The translations under genes were made by a program, and so were the position numbers. 64,000 bases of DNA from the NCBI GenBank assembly GCA_976551045.1, contig CDPCPM010000402.1, positions 1,116,001 to 1,180,000 of the forward strand, given 5' to 3'. Source of the DNA: Glaucostegus cemiculus. Taxonomy: Eukaryota. This document shows, one piece after another, positions 1-11,658 of the stretch. The notes beneath the pieces were generated by a model. That model saw only the letters and a list, made by a program, of their open reading frames with translations. It was not told the DNA's origin and searched no databases. The first letter of the stretch is position 1; each line of letters opens with the position of its first letter.

Positions 1-845
1 CTCAGATCCTTTTACATCTTTCCTCTCTCACCTTAAATCTAGGGCCTCTAGTTTTAGACTCCCTAGCCTGGGAAAAAGACTGTGATCAGCCACCTTATCT
101 ATGCCCCTCATGATTTTAAATACCTCCGCAAGGATTAGGGGATAATCCTAACCCTAATCCTCATCTTCCTACGCTCCAGGGAAAACAGTCCCAGCCTATC
201 CAGTCTCTCTTCATCACTCAAGCCCACCAGTCCTGCTAACATCTTTATGAATCTTTTTTGCACTCTTTCCAGGTTAATGACATCTTTCCTATAACTAGGC
301 AACTGGAACTGCATTTAATACTCAACAATGTCTTGTATTTGTAACACAATTTCCCAAGGTTTCTACTTAGTCCCCTGGCCGATGAAGGCAAATGTGCCAA
401 ACGACTTCTTCACCACCCTATACCTGTGTCGCCACCTTGTACTTGTACCTCTAGCTCTCCAGGGCAATGCCATTTACGGTGCAAGTCCTGCTCTGGTTTA
501 ACTTATCAAAAGGCAACACCTCACATTTGTCTGAGTTAAATCTCATCTGCCACTCCTTTGCCCACTTTCCCGGTTGATCCAGATCTTCTTGTAATCTTAC
601 GTAACCTTCTTCACTATCCACCAATTTTGGTGTCAACCACAAACTCACTTAACTATTCCAACTGCATATCCATCTAAATCATTAATACAGATGACAGACA
701 ACAGAGGACCCAGCACCGATCCCTGCAGCACACCACTGGTCACAGGCCTCCAGTCTGAAAAATATCCCTCCACTTCTAGCCTCTTACTCCTTCCACCAAG
801 CTAATTTTGTGTCCAGTTGGCTAGCTCACCCCGGATCCCACACGA
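1..845 (-). mobile_element. CR1 LINE ORF2 fragment (RT C-terminal part), degraded
   Basis: Minus ORF 451-648 has the CR1-type WAKEWQMRFNSDKCEVL motif; the fragment resumes at about 1112-1565 after a nested insertion. Confidence 0.8.
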
Positions 846-1110
846 GTCCAAAACTACAGGACATTGGTTTAAAGGGAGAAGGGAAAGTTTTAAAAGGGAC
901 CTGAGGGGCAACTTTTCACACAAAGGTTGGTGAGTGTATGGAATGAGCTGCCAGAAGAAATGGTAGAGGAGGGTACAATTATGACATTTAAAAGGCATTT
1001 GCACAATTACATGGATAGGAAAGGTTTAGAGAAATATGGGACAAAGGCAGGCAAACGGGGCCTGCTCAAGTTAGGCACCCTGTGCCAAAGAGCCTGTTTC
1101 TGTGCTATAT
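846..1110 (+). mobile_element. CR1 LINE 3' end inserted into the opposite-strand CR1
   Basis: Typical CR1 C-terminus (VVSVWNELPEEMVE..TFKRHL) followed by the 3' tail GCCTGTTTCTGTGCTAT. Confidence 0.75.
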
Positions 1111-1111
1111 A

Positions 1112-1565
1112 CCTCTACCTCACCTTTCAGACCAGCCTACCGCACAGGACCTTGTCAAAGGCCTTGCTAAAATCCATGTGGACAACATCTATCACTCTGT
1201 CCTTGTCAATCCTCTTGGTCACCTCTTCAAAAAACTCAATGTAATCTGTGATACATGATTTCCCAAACCGTGCCGACTATCCCTATTTATTCCTCGCCTT
1301 TCCAAATCCAAGTAGATCCTCTCTCTTGGAATCCCCTCCAGTAACTTCTCCACCACTGAAGTTTAGCTCACTGTCCTGTAGTTCCATGGCTTGTCCTTGC
1401 AGCCCTTCTTAAATAAATGCACAACATTAGCCAGCCTACAGTCTTCCAGGACCTCACCCATGGCTAATGGTGATAGAATTATCTCAGTCAGGGCCCCAGC
1501 AAATTCTTTCCTACCTTCCCACGCTGTCCCAGGGTACACTTGGTCAGGTCCCAAGGATTTATCAA
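1112..1565 (-). mobile_element. CR1 LINE RT N-terminal fragment
   Basis: ORF 1363-1590 contains DKSLGPDQVYP...ANVVHLFKKGCKDKPWNYRTVS, typical of CR1 RT. Confidence 0.8.
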
Positions 1566-2050
1566 TTCTTCTGAGGGGAAATGAAGACAAAAGTAGGAAG
1601 GTTTTGCTTTGGTTATATAGGGCATTGGTGAGACCACATTTGCAGTAGTGTGTATAGTACTGGCCTCCTTAAGGAAGGATGTTAATATGTTGGAAGCAAT
1701 TAAGTGAAGGCTTACTAAAATTCTATTGGAAATGGGAAGGTGTCACAAGGAAAGGGTGGACTTGTATCTACTGGGAAGAGTGAGAGACAACTTGATTATT
1801 TCCTTAGGAGTCTTGTTAGGGTGGATGGGGAAAGGACGTTGTTTCCTGTGGGTGAATCTAGAACGAGGACTTACTGTTTACAAAGAGGAATCACGGAGAT
1901 GGAACAATTTTTTTTCTCAGGGGGTCATGAATCTTTGGAATTCTCTTCCTCAAAGGCTGGTAGAAGGTCAGTATTTGAATATTTTCAAGCAGAGATAGTT
2001 AGCAAACAAGGGAAATAAAAGTTACTGTGGATAGACTGACTTCAGGAACA
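1566..2050 (+). mobile_element. CR1 LINE 3' fragment, degraded
   Basis: LYRALVRPHL and FFSQGVMNLWNSLPQ motifs. Confidence 0.75.
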
Positions 2051-2062
2051 GGTGAGTGGGTG

Positions 2063-2400
2063 GCCCAATGGAGAAGCTAGTAGAACCGCGCCTCACTGCC
2101 CTAGTGATCTAGGTTCGATCCAGACCTCTGGCGCATCCTGCATGAAGCTTGCAAGTTCTCCCTGTGACCACAGGTGCTCCAGTTCCATTTCACATCCTAA
2201 AAAGTGGGTTGGCAGGTCAATTGGCCACTGTAAATTGCCCCTAATCTGTTGGTAAATGGTGGAATCTGGGGGAGTTGATGGGAACATGGGGAGAATAGGA
2301 TACAGAGAAAATATGGCAGAAGAATGGGATTGCTCTATGAGCTAGCATAGACTCAATGGGCCAAACTGCATCTTTGATGTTGCAAGGAATATAAGAAATA
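2063..2400 (+). mobile_element. tRNA-derived SINE (V-SINE/HE1-like) with CR1-like tail
   Basis: Pol III B-box GGTTCGATCC near 2112, central TTCTCCCTGTGAC...GGTGCTCCAGTT domain, GGCCACTGTAAATTGCCCCTA block. Confidence 0.65.
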
Positions 2401-2429
2401 TGAAAAACTAGTGCAGATGTGAATATGCT

Positions 2430-2730
2430 AACGAGGGTAGAGGAAATTACACCTCACAATCACAATGTAGAGGGAGCTTTGCATCTAACCCATGTTGCCC
2501 TTCTCTCTGGAGTGTTTAACAGGACTGAGAGGGAACACACTGACTGGAGACAACAAATATTGATGGATTTTATCAAAGTCTGGACTCAGTATCTAACACA
2601 TGCTCTTCCTACCTTGGAAATGTTTGATGGAACAGTGTGGACAGCTTTATTCTGTTTTTAACCCATGCTATTTGCCCTGGGAGTGTTTGATGGGGCCGCG
2701 TAGTGGCACACTTACTCTATATCTAACTTT
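2430..2730. repeat. Degenerate tandem repeat of about 65 bp (TCTAACCCATGCT...CTGGGAGTGTTTGATGGG..GTAGAGGGAGCTTT)
   Basis: Recurrent TCTAACCCATG, GGAGTGTTTGATGG and GTAGAGGGAGCTTT motifs; the same unit recurs at about 15020-15180. Confidence 0.6.
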
Positions 2731-3127
2731 GGCCGCACCAGGTACACAAAAGCTTAAGTTCAGTTCTGTAGGCTGATGATCATGACATCCTGCACTGCCA
2801 ACCATAAAAGATGTTTCCTTCCAACAGTTTGAAATAGTCAGTAGTAAAGTACCCAGTGTGCCCTATACTAATTAGTGTTTAAACACAGTTAAATTCTGTC
2901 CCTGTGCCAGGAAAGACATATTCTCCTGGTTGAAAATGTGGAGCTTTGGATATCTCAGTTTTTACAGATCACGTCTCACCGTGGTGTCTAGGTACCAACC
3001 AACACTAGGTCTCTTCGCTGTAAGGAAGCTGCCATTAAGGAGTGGTCAATGGCTGTACGTTGGGTGACACTGACCACAGTGAGCAGTACACAATGGTTTT
3101 GGATCGGGAGAAGTGAACAGAAACGGA

Positions 3128-3212
3128 GATGCTGGAAACCTCAGCAGGGCAGGCAGCATCCGTGGAAAAAGGAACAGTTAACATTTCAGGTCAAAGACCC
3201 TTAATCAGAATT
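3128..3212 (-). mobile_element. Penelope-like terminal-repeat remnant with decayed hammerhead core
   Basis: Minus strand reads CTGATTA-AGGGTC-TTT-GACCT-GAAATGTT followed by GATGCTGCCTGCCCTGCTGAG..TCCAGCA. Confidence 0.6.
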
Positions 3213-3474
3213 CAGTTTCTGCCTGATCTTCAAAAGAAATGGACAGATCTATGCGATCAGGAAGCTGAAAGCAGGCTGTGGACGTCCGTGAAACCATCAG
3301 CAGCAGCAGGTTTGGTAACAGGAACACAACACCCAGTCAGTTATCTGGCTAACAGGAGCACTGCAAATCTACAGGCTTTTTTAATCGTCATACGAGTGAA
3401 AATTTCTAGTATAGACAAGGAGTTGAGCCAACCCCCACCCTCGCTGCCAATCAGAAGCCCCTGGATATACTTAC

Positions 3475-3627
3475 GGCTACATATTTCTTCTTGCCAAAGA
3501 AGCACATTCCGATGTTATTCCACAGGGGTGGGCTCTCGGGTATGGCATGTGCTGCTATCCTGTACTTGCTCAGTGCCACATCATAGTCATTGTGAGACTG
3601 CATCATGCTGCCAGCAGCCAGGATGGC
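3475..3627 (-). CDS. BBS4: BBS4 coding exon (human exon 11 equivalent, 153 nt)
   Basis: [51 protein letters not shown]; AG/GTAAGT boundaries, phase 0/0. Confidence 0.96.
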
Positions 3628-4835
3628 CTGAGCAAAACAGAGAATCAGAAGAACCCTACAATCACTGTCTGTGTACTCCTCACAAAACACACAGAATACT
3701 CTGCAGTTACCAGAGCAATAGTCATCCTGATTAAACAGCAGATAACAACCTTGATGTTGTTGAGTGAACACTCTGCATAGTTTGCCATACGCAGTTGGCA
3801 CAAGGAACACACACAGAACCCTGATCAGCATCTCAACCTGCCCCGCCTTTCAACAACCTCACCGCTCATCCTCTACCTCATCTCTCAATTCACCTAAATT
3901 AAACAGAGAGAAAACGCTGGGGCTGCAGACACAGTCGTTCGACCACTGTCTACAGTTCTGGCCACCAAAGCACAGGGAGAATGTGATGGCATGAGAAAGG
4001 CTTCACAGGAAATTGACCAGGAAAAGCCTCTCATTTTTACATATTTCAATTAAAATAGCACTGACCTATTTTCCATGGCAGAGAGGTCAATAAATAGCAA
4101 TAGACATCAAATTAATTCCTCTCCTCCTGCAACGTAAACTTCTGATTCCGTAATCAACTTAGTGAGGCATTGCTCATCCATCTAAGGCAAGTGTCCTTGG
4201 CACAGAGGCCAAAAATGCACACAGGTGTGGTCTCACCAAAAGTCCATGAGCAATATTACACCGGTTACAGGCCCTTCGGCCCAACAAGTCCATGCCAACC
4301 AGTGCCCACGCAGCTAGTCCCAAGCCCTGTCCAACTGCAAAACTCCTAACCATACAGCCCAGATTAAACTAGCATTCTATCTTTAAAAAAATGTTCTAAT
4401 TTTCCAATCATTTTACCAAAGTGAATAATTTATGTTCTGTTATGTTCCACCTATCACCTTCCAGCCCATTCATTTACTAGGTCCTCGGGGAGTCTTTCCA
4501 ACGTCTTCAAAATTTACTTGCACTTTGTAACAATAAACAAACTGAATCCAAAGCTTCCTTCAGTCTGCCTTCAACACAACATTTCAGTTGGACGTTCAGT
4601 GTAGAATTGCTGTTCCAGGGCATTAACAGTATTTCTGAGGTTCCACAGCTGGCAAAGGTTTTCCTCTGATGACTAGCCCTTTGATGGATTTCTCAATGGA
4701 AGCTCAACAAGACTTTGTAGGTGTGGATTTTTTCTTATTATGATACGGATTGTTCAGTATCAAATACTTACCATAACTATGAGTGAACTTAATAAAGTTT
4801 CACAGCAGGTTCTATCCAAACAAATTAATCAGTAC

Positions 4836-4904
4836 CTTATAATTGTTGGGGTTGTAGGTGAGAGCGTTTCCTAGATGTTCAAAAGCTTTCTGATAAACAC
4901 CAAG
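4836..4904 (-). CDS. BBS4: BBS4 coding exon (exon 10 equivalent, 69 nt)
   Basis: [23 protein letters not shown]; ttcag/GT boundaries. Confidence 0.95.
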
Positions 4905-5347
4905 CTGAAAGCCAGAAACATACAGGATTGTTGGCTGTTATTTTTACAGTTATTCATAATTTTATGTACAAACAGACAGTGGCAGCATTGTTCCAGGACC
5001 CATCTTATACTGAGCCTATGCAATTTCAATCATCTCTGCTCCTCATCAGAACAAAGCCAGCATCACTTTGAACAGAAATTTATCAGGAGCAGTCAAATCA
5101 TCCTTCACAACCTGACTAAGCAAAGGCCACAGGTAAATGAGCACATGTATTAAACTGGAGTCTACTACACACAAGCAAGTTGGAGGTTGCGTGCATAAAC
5201 ACACTGGGGGCTGTGCGCGCTGATAGACAGGCACTAATAAACTACCTGCACTTGCAAACAATTTAGCGTTGTGCATGTGTAACTACACTGTCCTGATAAC
5301 CAGGTCTACCTACGATGAAGAAAATTACATTTTAATTAAATTGATCT

Positions 5348-5648
5348 TAAGATAAGATTTCTTTACTAGTCACACGTACATCAAAACATACAGTGAAATG
5401 CATCTTTTGTGTATAGTGTTCTGGGGGCAGCCCGCAAGTGTCGCCATGCTTCCAGCACCAACATAACATGCCCACAACTTCCTAACCTGTATGTCTTTGG
5501 AATGTGGGAGGAACCGGAGCACCCGGAGGAAACCCACGCGGTCACGGGGAGAACGTACAAACTACTTACAGACAGCAGCCAGCATTGAACCTGGCTTGCT
5601 GGCGGTGTAATAGTGTGACGCTAACCACTACACTACCGTGCCATGCCC
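5348..5648 (-). mobile_element. tRNA-derived SINE (V-SINE-like) with Rex1-like 3' tail
   Basis: Minus strand has head GGCACGGTAGTGTAGTGGTTAGC...GGTTCAAT, central GTTCTCCCCGTGACCGCGTGGGTTTCCTCCGGGTGCTCCGG, tail TTTCACTGTATG..GTGACTAGTAAA and (TCTTA)n. Confidence 0.75.
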
Positions 5649-5784
5649 CAAATGTTCTGAATTTTATTCAGAAATTTCACACAAATATTCTCATACAAAC
5701 ACAAACAATGGTTTTGTCGATAATGCAGTGAAAATGGTTAAAACAAGGTACCCACAGAGTTTCCAACACAAGGTGTAACATTAC

Positions 5785-5839
5785 CTGCAGGTACAGTAAC
5801 CCCAGAGTTGTCAGAAGCTCAGCATTTTCAGGAGAAAAC
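5785..5839 (-). CDS. BBS4: BBS4 coding exon (exon 9 equivalent, 55 nt)
   Basis: (E)FSPENAELLTTLGLLYLQ; AG/GTAA boundaries, phase 2/0. Confidence 0.95.
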
Positions 5840-5884
5840 CTACAGGAAGGAATGGCAGAGTTAAAAGAAATCGAAAACCAAAAC

Positions 5885-6030
5885 ACTACAGATGCTGGAA
5901 ATCAAAAAACTGAGGAAATTCAACAGATGTGGCAGCATATGTGGAGAGAGAAACAGAATTAATCATTAGGATGTGAAGAAGGGTTGTTGAACTGAAAAGG
6001 TAATTCTGTTTTTCTCTCAGCAGTATCTTT
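5885..6030. mobile_element. Palindromic Penelope-terminal-derived short element
   Basis: Inverted arms 5944-5961 and 6001-6018 around a decayed TGAAGA-AGGGTT..AACT-GAAA core. Confidence 0.55.
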
Positions 6031-6114
6031 GCTTTGATATTGTCCCCCAATATGTCAGGATGTTCACTTTAGTTTCTCTCTGCAATTTTCTGGCTTCAGC
6101 ATAGATTACTGATC

Positions 6115-8880
6115 TCCCCCCAGGGCAAGACTGAACTAAAGGCAAGACTGACCTATCAAAGAGAACGGAGGGACTGTTGTGTACTATGCATCACTGAAAC
6201 ATGGCTTACACATGCCTCACCTGACTGTGCCATTCAACCTGAGGGCTTCTCAATTCATCAAATGGACCGTACAGCGTCCTCGGGCAAAGTTAAAGGTGGA
6301 GGGGTCTGCTTCTTAATCAATAACTTGTGGTGCTGGGATGTGACGGTCCTGGCGAGCTCCTGCTCACCCAGCCTGGAGTATCTAACAGTGAAGTGTCGAC
6401 CATTCTATCTGCCAAGTGAGTTCACTTCAGCTGTCCTGATGGCGGTCTGCATCCCACCACAGACGGACATGAAGCCTGCACTCAATGAGCTATACTCCAT
6501 GGTCAACAACCTTGAGTCAGGATACCCTGAGGCCCTCTTCATCATCACAGGTGACTTCAATCAGGCCAACCTCAAGAGTGTGTTACCAAAATACTATCAG
6601 CACATCTCCTGCTCCACCAGGGGCACTAACACCCGTGACCACTGCTGTACAACCATAAAGATGCCTTCTGAGCCACCCCTTGTTCTCACTTTGGGAAATC
6701 AGACCACCAGGCTGTGCTCCTTCTCCCTGCATACAAACAGAAACTGAAATGGGAAGACCTGGTACGGAGAGTCGTGCAGTGCTGGTTTGAGGAAGCAGAT
6801 GAGCTCCTACGTGACTGCTTTGAGGCAGTGGACTGGTCCATGTTCAAAGACTCAGCTGCCAGCCTTGATCAGTCTGCCACCATCACAGACTTTATCAGCA
6901 AAGTGTGTGGAGGACTGTGTACCAAAGAGAAAACTATGGGTGTTCCCAAACAGGAAACCATGGATGAACCGGGAGATCCACTCCCTACTGAAGGAGAGGA
7001 CTGCTGCACACAAATCTGGTGATCCTGATCTGTACAAGAAGTCAAGGTATGACCTTCGGAAAGCTATCGGGGATGCCAAGAGGCAATACCAACTCAAAAT
7101 AGAGTCCCTGACCAGCCGTCAGTTATGACAGGGCTTACTTGCCATAGCAGGCTACAAGATGAAGTCAGGCTGCATAGCTAACAACAGCGCATCCCTTCCT
7201 GATGAACTTAACGCATTCTATGCACATTTTGAACAGAAGGGGAGTGGATTGTCACCACCCACCCTGACGGCCTCCAACGCAGCCGAACCTGTGATCACTG
7301 TTGAGGACGTAAGATCAATCTTCTGGAGAGTGAACACGAGGAAAGCATCTGGCCCAGATGGTGTCCCTGGCCATGTGCTCAGATCTTGTGCTGATCAGCT
7401 GATAGAAGTATTTGCAGACATATTTATCCTTTCCCTGCTTCAATCTCAGGTTCCCACCTGTTTTAAGAAGACCACTATCATTCTGGTACCGAAGAAAAGC
7501 AAGGTAACATGACTCGATGACTACCGACCAGTGGTTCTAACATCCACTATCATGAAGTGCTTTGAGAGGTTGGTCATTGCACGCACCGACACCAGCCTCC
7601 CAGACAATCTTGACCCACTGTAATTTGCCTATTGCCGAAACAGGTCCACAGTGGACACCACTTCCCTGGCTCTACACTCAGCTCTGGAGCACCTGGATAG
7701 TAAAGACACTTACATTAGACTATTATTTATTGACTACAGCTCTGCCTTCAATACAATAATCCCAAGCAAACTTGTCACAAAACTCTGAGACCTAGGACTC
7801 AACACCTCCCTCAGTAACTGGATCCTTGACTTTCTAACAAACAGACTGCAATCAGTGAGGATAGGCAGCAATAACTCTGGCATGATTATTCTCAACACTG
7901 GTGCCCCACAAGGCTGTGTCCTCAGCCCTCTACTCCCTATACACTCATGACTGTGTGGCCAGCTTCTGCTCTAACTCCATCTACAAGTTTGCAGATGATA
8001 TCACCGTTGTAGGCCGTATCTCAAACAGCAATGAGTTGGGGATAGTTTAGTGGAATGGTGTCATGACCACATCCTTTCCCTCAATGTCAACAAAAGAGCT
8101 GGTCATTGACTTCAGGAAAGGGGTCCATGTACATGCACCTGTCTACATCAACGGTGCTGAGGTCGAGAGGATTGAGAGCTTCAAGTTCCTAAGAGTGAAC
8201 ATCACCTGGTCAAATCACATAGATGCCACAGCCAAGAAAGCTCACCAGCGCCTCTACTTCCTCAGAAGGCTAAAGAAATTTGGTTTGTCCCCTTTGACTC
8301 TCACCAACTTTTACCGATGCACCATAGAAAGCATCCTATCTGGATGTATCACGGCTTGGTACAGCAACTGCTCTGCCCAGGACCACAAGAAGCTGCAGAG
8401 AGTTGTGGACACAGCCCAGTGCATCACGGACACCAGCCTCCCCTCCTTAGACTCTGTCTTTACCTCTCGCTGTCTTGGTGAAGCAGCCAGCATAATCAAA
8501 GGCTCCACCCACCCTGTTCATTCTCTCTTCTTCCATCAGGTAGAAGATACAAGAGCCTGAGGGCACGTACCACCAGACTTAAGGACAGCTTCTACCCCAC
8601 TGTGATAAAACTATTGAACAGTTCCCTTATATGATAAGGTGGACTCTGACCACATGATCTACCTTGTTGTGACCTTGCACCTTATTGCACTGCACTTTCT
8701 CTGTAGCTGTGACACTTTACTCTGTATTATTGTTTTTACCTGTACTACCCCAATGCACTCTGTACTAACTCAATGTAACTGCACTGTGTAATGAATTGAT
8801 CTGTACGATCGGTCTGCAAGTTAAGTTTTTCACTGTACCTTGGTACAAGTGACAATAATAAACCAATACCAATGTAACCA
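6115..8880 (+). mobile_element. Rex1/Babar-clade LINE, near-complete ORF2 (APE endonuclease + RT), disabled by stops and frameshifts, with 3'UTR
   Basis: EN motifs ITETWL, GGGVCFLINN, ITGDFNQANL; RT motifs [25 protein letters not shown] (7985-7999); C-terminal KKAHQRLYFLRRLKKF; tail AATAATAAA(CCAATA)n. Confidence 0.9.
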
Positions 8881-8885
8881 TAATC

Positions 8886-10060
8886 CAAGGTCCCAGCACC
8901 GATCCTTGCAGAACACCACTGGTCATGGACCTCCAGCCAGAATAACAGCCTTCCACCTCTGCTCTCTTGTTCTTCTATGGGCAAGCCAGCTCCGAATCCA
9001 AACTTGCAATTCACCCTGGATCCCATGCACCTTGATCTTCTGAACTAACTTACAATGAGGGACCTTATCAAATGCCTTAACTGAAGTCCATGTAGATAAT
9101 GTCCACTGCCTTACCCTCATCAAGACCCTTTGTCACCTCCTCAAAAAAAAACTCAGTCAAGTTTGTAAGGCATAACCTGCCCGACATAAAGCCATTCTGA
9201 CTCTCAGTAAGCAGGCTGTGCCTTTCCAAAAGCACATAATTCTATCCCCAAGTATCCTCTCCAATAAGCTTCCCTACCACTGATGTGAGGCTCACTGGCC
9301 TATAACTACCTGGATTATCCCCTTTTCCCTTTTTGAACAAACGCACATTTGCTAGTCTTCAGTCCTCCAGGACCTCACCTGTTGCTCGTGAGGACACAAA
9401 GATCGTTATCAAAGCCCCAGCAATCTCCTCACTTGCTTCTTTCAATATTCTGGCATATATGCCATCAGGCCCTGAGTCTTGTCTGCCTTTGTGCTTTTCA
9501 GAAGACCCAGCACTACCTCCTCCTCAATGTCAAAATCCCCCAGCACATTAGCATGCCCCACTCTGTTTTCACTATTCCCCAAATCTTTCTCCTTGGTAAA
9601 TACTGATGCAAAGTCCTAATTTAGTACCTAACCACTTGCTCCGACTCCAAACAAATTCCCTCCTTTGAGTGGCCCTACCCTCCCTTTAGTTATCTTATTT
9701 TTCTCAATACAAGTGTAAAATGCCATGGGATTCTCCTTGACCCTGCTCACCAAGGACATTCAATGGCTCTGTTTGGCCTTCCTAATCACCTGCTTGAGCA
9801 CTTTCCTGCTATCTTTATATTCCACAAGGGCCCAGTCTGATTTTAGCTTCCTAAACTTTACATATGCTTCCTTTTTCTTTCTGACTAAATTTAGGACCCC
9901 TTGGGTCATCCAAGGGTCCCTTATCCTTGCCCTTACTCCTTACCGGAACATGCCGATCCTGAGCTCTGATCAGCTGGTCTCTAAACAATGCCCACGTCAG
10001 ACATGGACTTGTCGGATATCATCTGCTCCCAATCAACACACTTTTAGTTCCTGTCTTATC
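8886..10060 (-). mobile_element. CR1 LINE ORF2 fragment
   Basis: Minus-strand KAFDKVPH..LVQKIKVHGIQG and [13 protein letters not shown] motifs. Confidence 0.8.
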
Positions 10061-10184
10061 CTGTCATACCTTCCAGCAAGATCCAATTTTATCCATACTG
10101 ATAACTACCTCAAAACATAACGAGTTAGTCACAATTAATGACATTTCTGGAAATAATCATAACTCACTCTAGTTCCACACTTAC

Positions 10185-10312
10185 TCTACTGCCTTCTTAT
10201 AAATTTCCACAGCCTCTTCCGTATTCCCCTCCAGCAGGTAAAGTTTCCCGAGCACCACGAAGGTCAGATCATGCTTGCTGCTTTGCAATGCACAGTTCAG
10301 ATGAAACTTGGC
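10185..10312 (-). CDS. BBS4: BBS4 coding exon (exon 8 equivalent, 128 nt)
   Basis: AKFHLNCALQSSKHDLTFVVLGKLYLLEGNTEEAVEIYKKAV(E); cacag/GTAAGT. Confidence 0.95.
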
Positions 10313-10316
10313 CTGT

Positions 10317-11658
10317 GAACATAAGAAACGTAAAGATAAAAAAAACAGGAGCAGGAATAAGCAATCAGCCCCTCCAGGCTGCTCTGCCATTCAGTAAGGT
10401 CATGGTTGATCCAACCTTCGCCTCAGCATCACTTCCCTGTTCTGTCCTTACAGCTCTTGACCCTCTTATAGTTCAAATGTCTATCAATCTCTGCCTTAAA
10501 TATCTTCGATAATGCTGCCTCCACAACTCTCTGGGGTAGATAATTCCAAGATTGACAGTATTTTCCCTACTAGCCCCCATAATGTCTTGACTTATACTTT
10601 GCCCTACAGTATAGTTACTGTTAGTGGGTTTATATTCTCTGAGAAGAGAAATCCCTCACTGCCACCTGAAATGGGTGACCCCTTATTCTGTCCCTTAGTT
10701 CTTGATACCCCCAAAGGAAAAACAATCTCTCAATATCCACCCGATCAATCCCCTTCACAATCTCATGTTTCAGTACGATCACCTCACTTTTTCAACACAT
10801 TTACCCCATCTGCCAACTTCTTGCCCACTGACCTAACTTTTCTATATCCCGTTCCAGGCTCTTTATGTCATCCTCACAACCTGCTAACCCACCTATGTTT
10901 GTATCATCAGTAGATCCAGCTACAGTGTACTTGGCTCCTTCAACCAACCTGAAGATGATCCCTTTATCCCAATTCTCCATTTTCTGTTAGTTAGCCACTC
11001 CCCTGGCTCTTATTGTCTGTTTTTATACTATCTGCTACTTTACTCCCTCGTTATAAATTTTCAGTCATCTTTTGTTAGTTTCCAAAAAATTTCCAATCCT
11101 CCAGCCTCCCACTAACCTTTGCAACACTGAATGCCCTTTCTTTCAATTTAGTGCCATCCTTAGCCTCCTTAGTCAGCCACGGATGGTCCATCCTTCTTGT
11201 AGAACTTTTCTTCCTCACCCAAACATTCCTTTGCTGGGATTTATGAAATATCTTCCGAAATGTCTACCCCTGCCATTTTACCCTTTAATATATTTTCCCA
11301 GTCCACTTTAGCCAGCTCTGTCCTCACACCACTGTAACAACCTTTAAGTACAGGACACTAGCTACACAAGCTTTTCAGTTTTAATTAACCCTGTCCCATT
11401 AAACAACCCCAAATCTGCAACAGTTGCTCCCTCAATCCATTGCTCTAAGAAACCATACTAAATATGCCCTATGAACACATCCTCAAGGCTATTCATGCCC
11501 AATCTAGATGATAATTGAAATGTCATGAATATTGCAGTATCTTTCCTGCAAGCACCCATAATTTCTTTAATTATACTTTGCCCTACAGGACAGTTACTGT
11601 CGGGGGTGGGGGGCTTATATTCTTCTAACACTGCAACTTCTACCCTTACTATTTCTTA
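10317..11658 (-). mobile_element. Old, internally deleted CR1 LINE whose 3' tail abuts the BBS4 exon acceptor
   Basis: Plus strand AACATAAGAAAC...GGAGCAGGA..TCAGCCCCTC..GCTCTGCCATTCA is the reverse of a CR1 3' end like those at 52510 and 61430; further degraded CR1-like pieces follow. Confidence 0.6.

Noticed and set aside
2063-2130. tRNA genes (also near 5580-5648 and 32860-32925)
   Set aside because: Only degenerate A/B boxes as SINE heads; no cloverleaf.
1-3474. BBS4 exon 12 (AISCLKRA...)
   Set aside because: Not found; the region is mostly repeats, so the gene probably continues left of the window.
3129-3734. 201-aa plus-strand ORF
   Set aside because: Starts in a repeat remnant and runs antisense across a BBS4 exon; no domain recognised.
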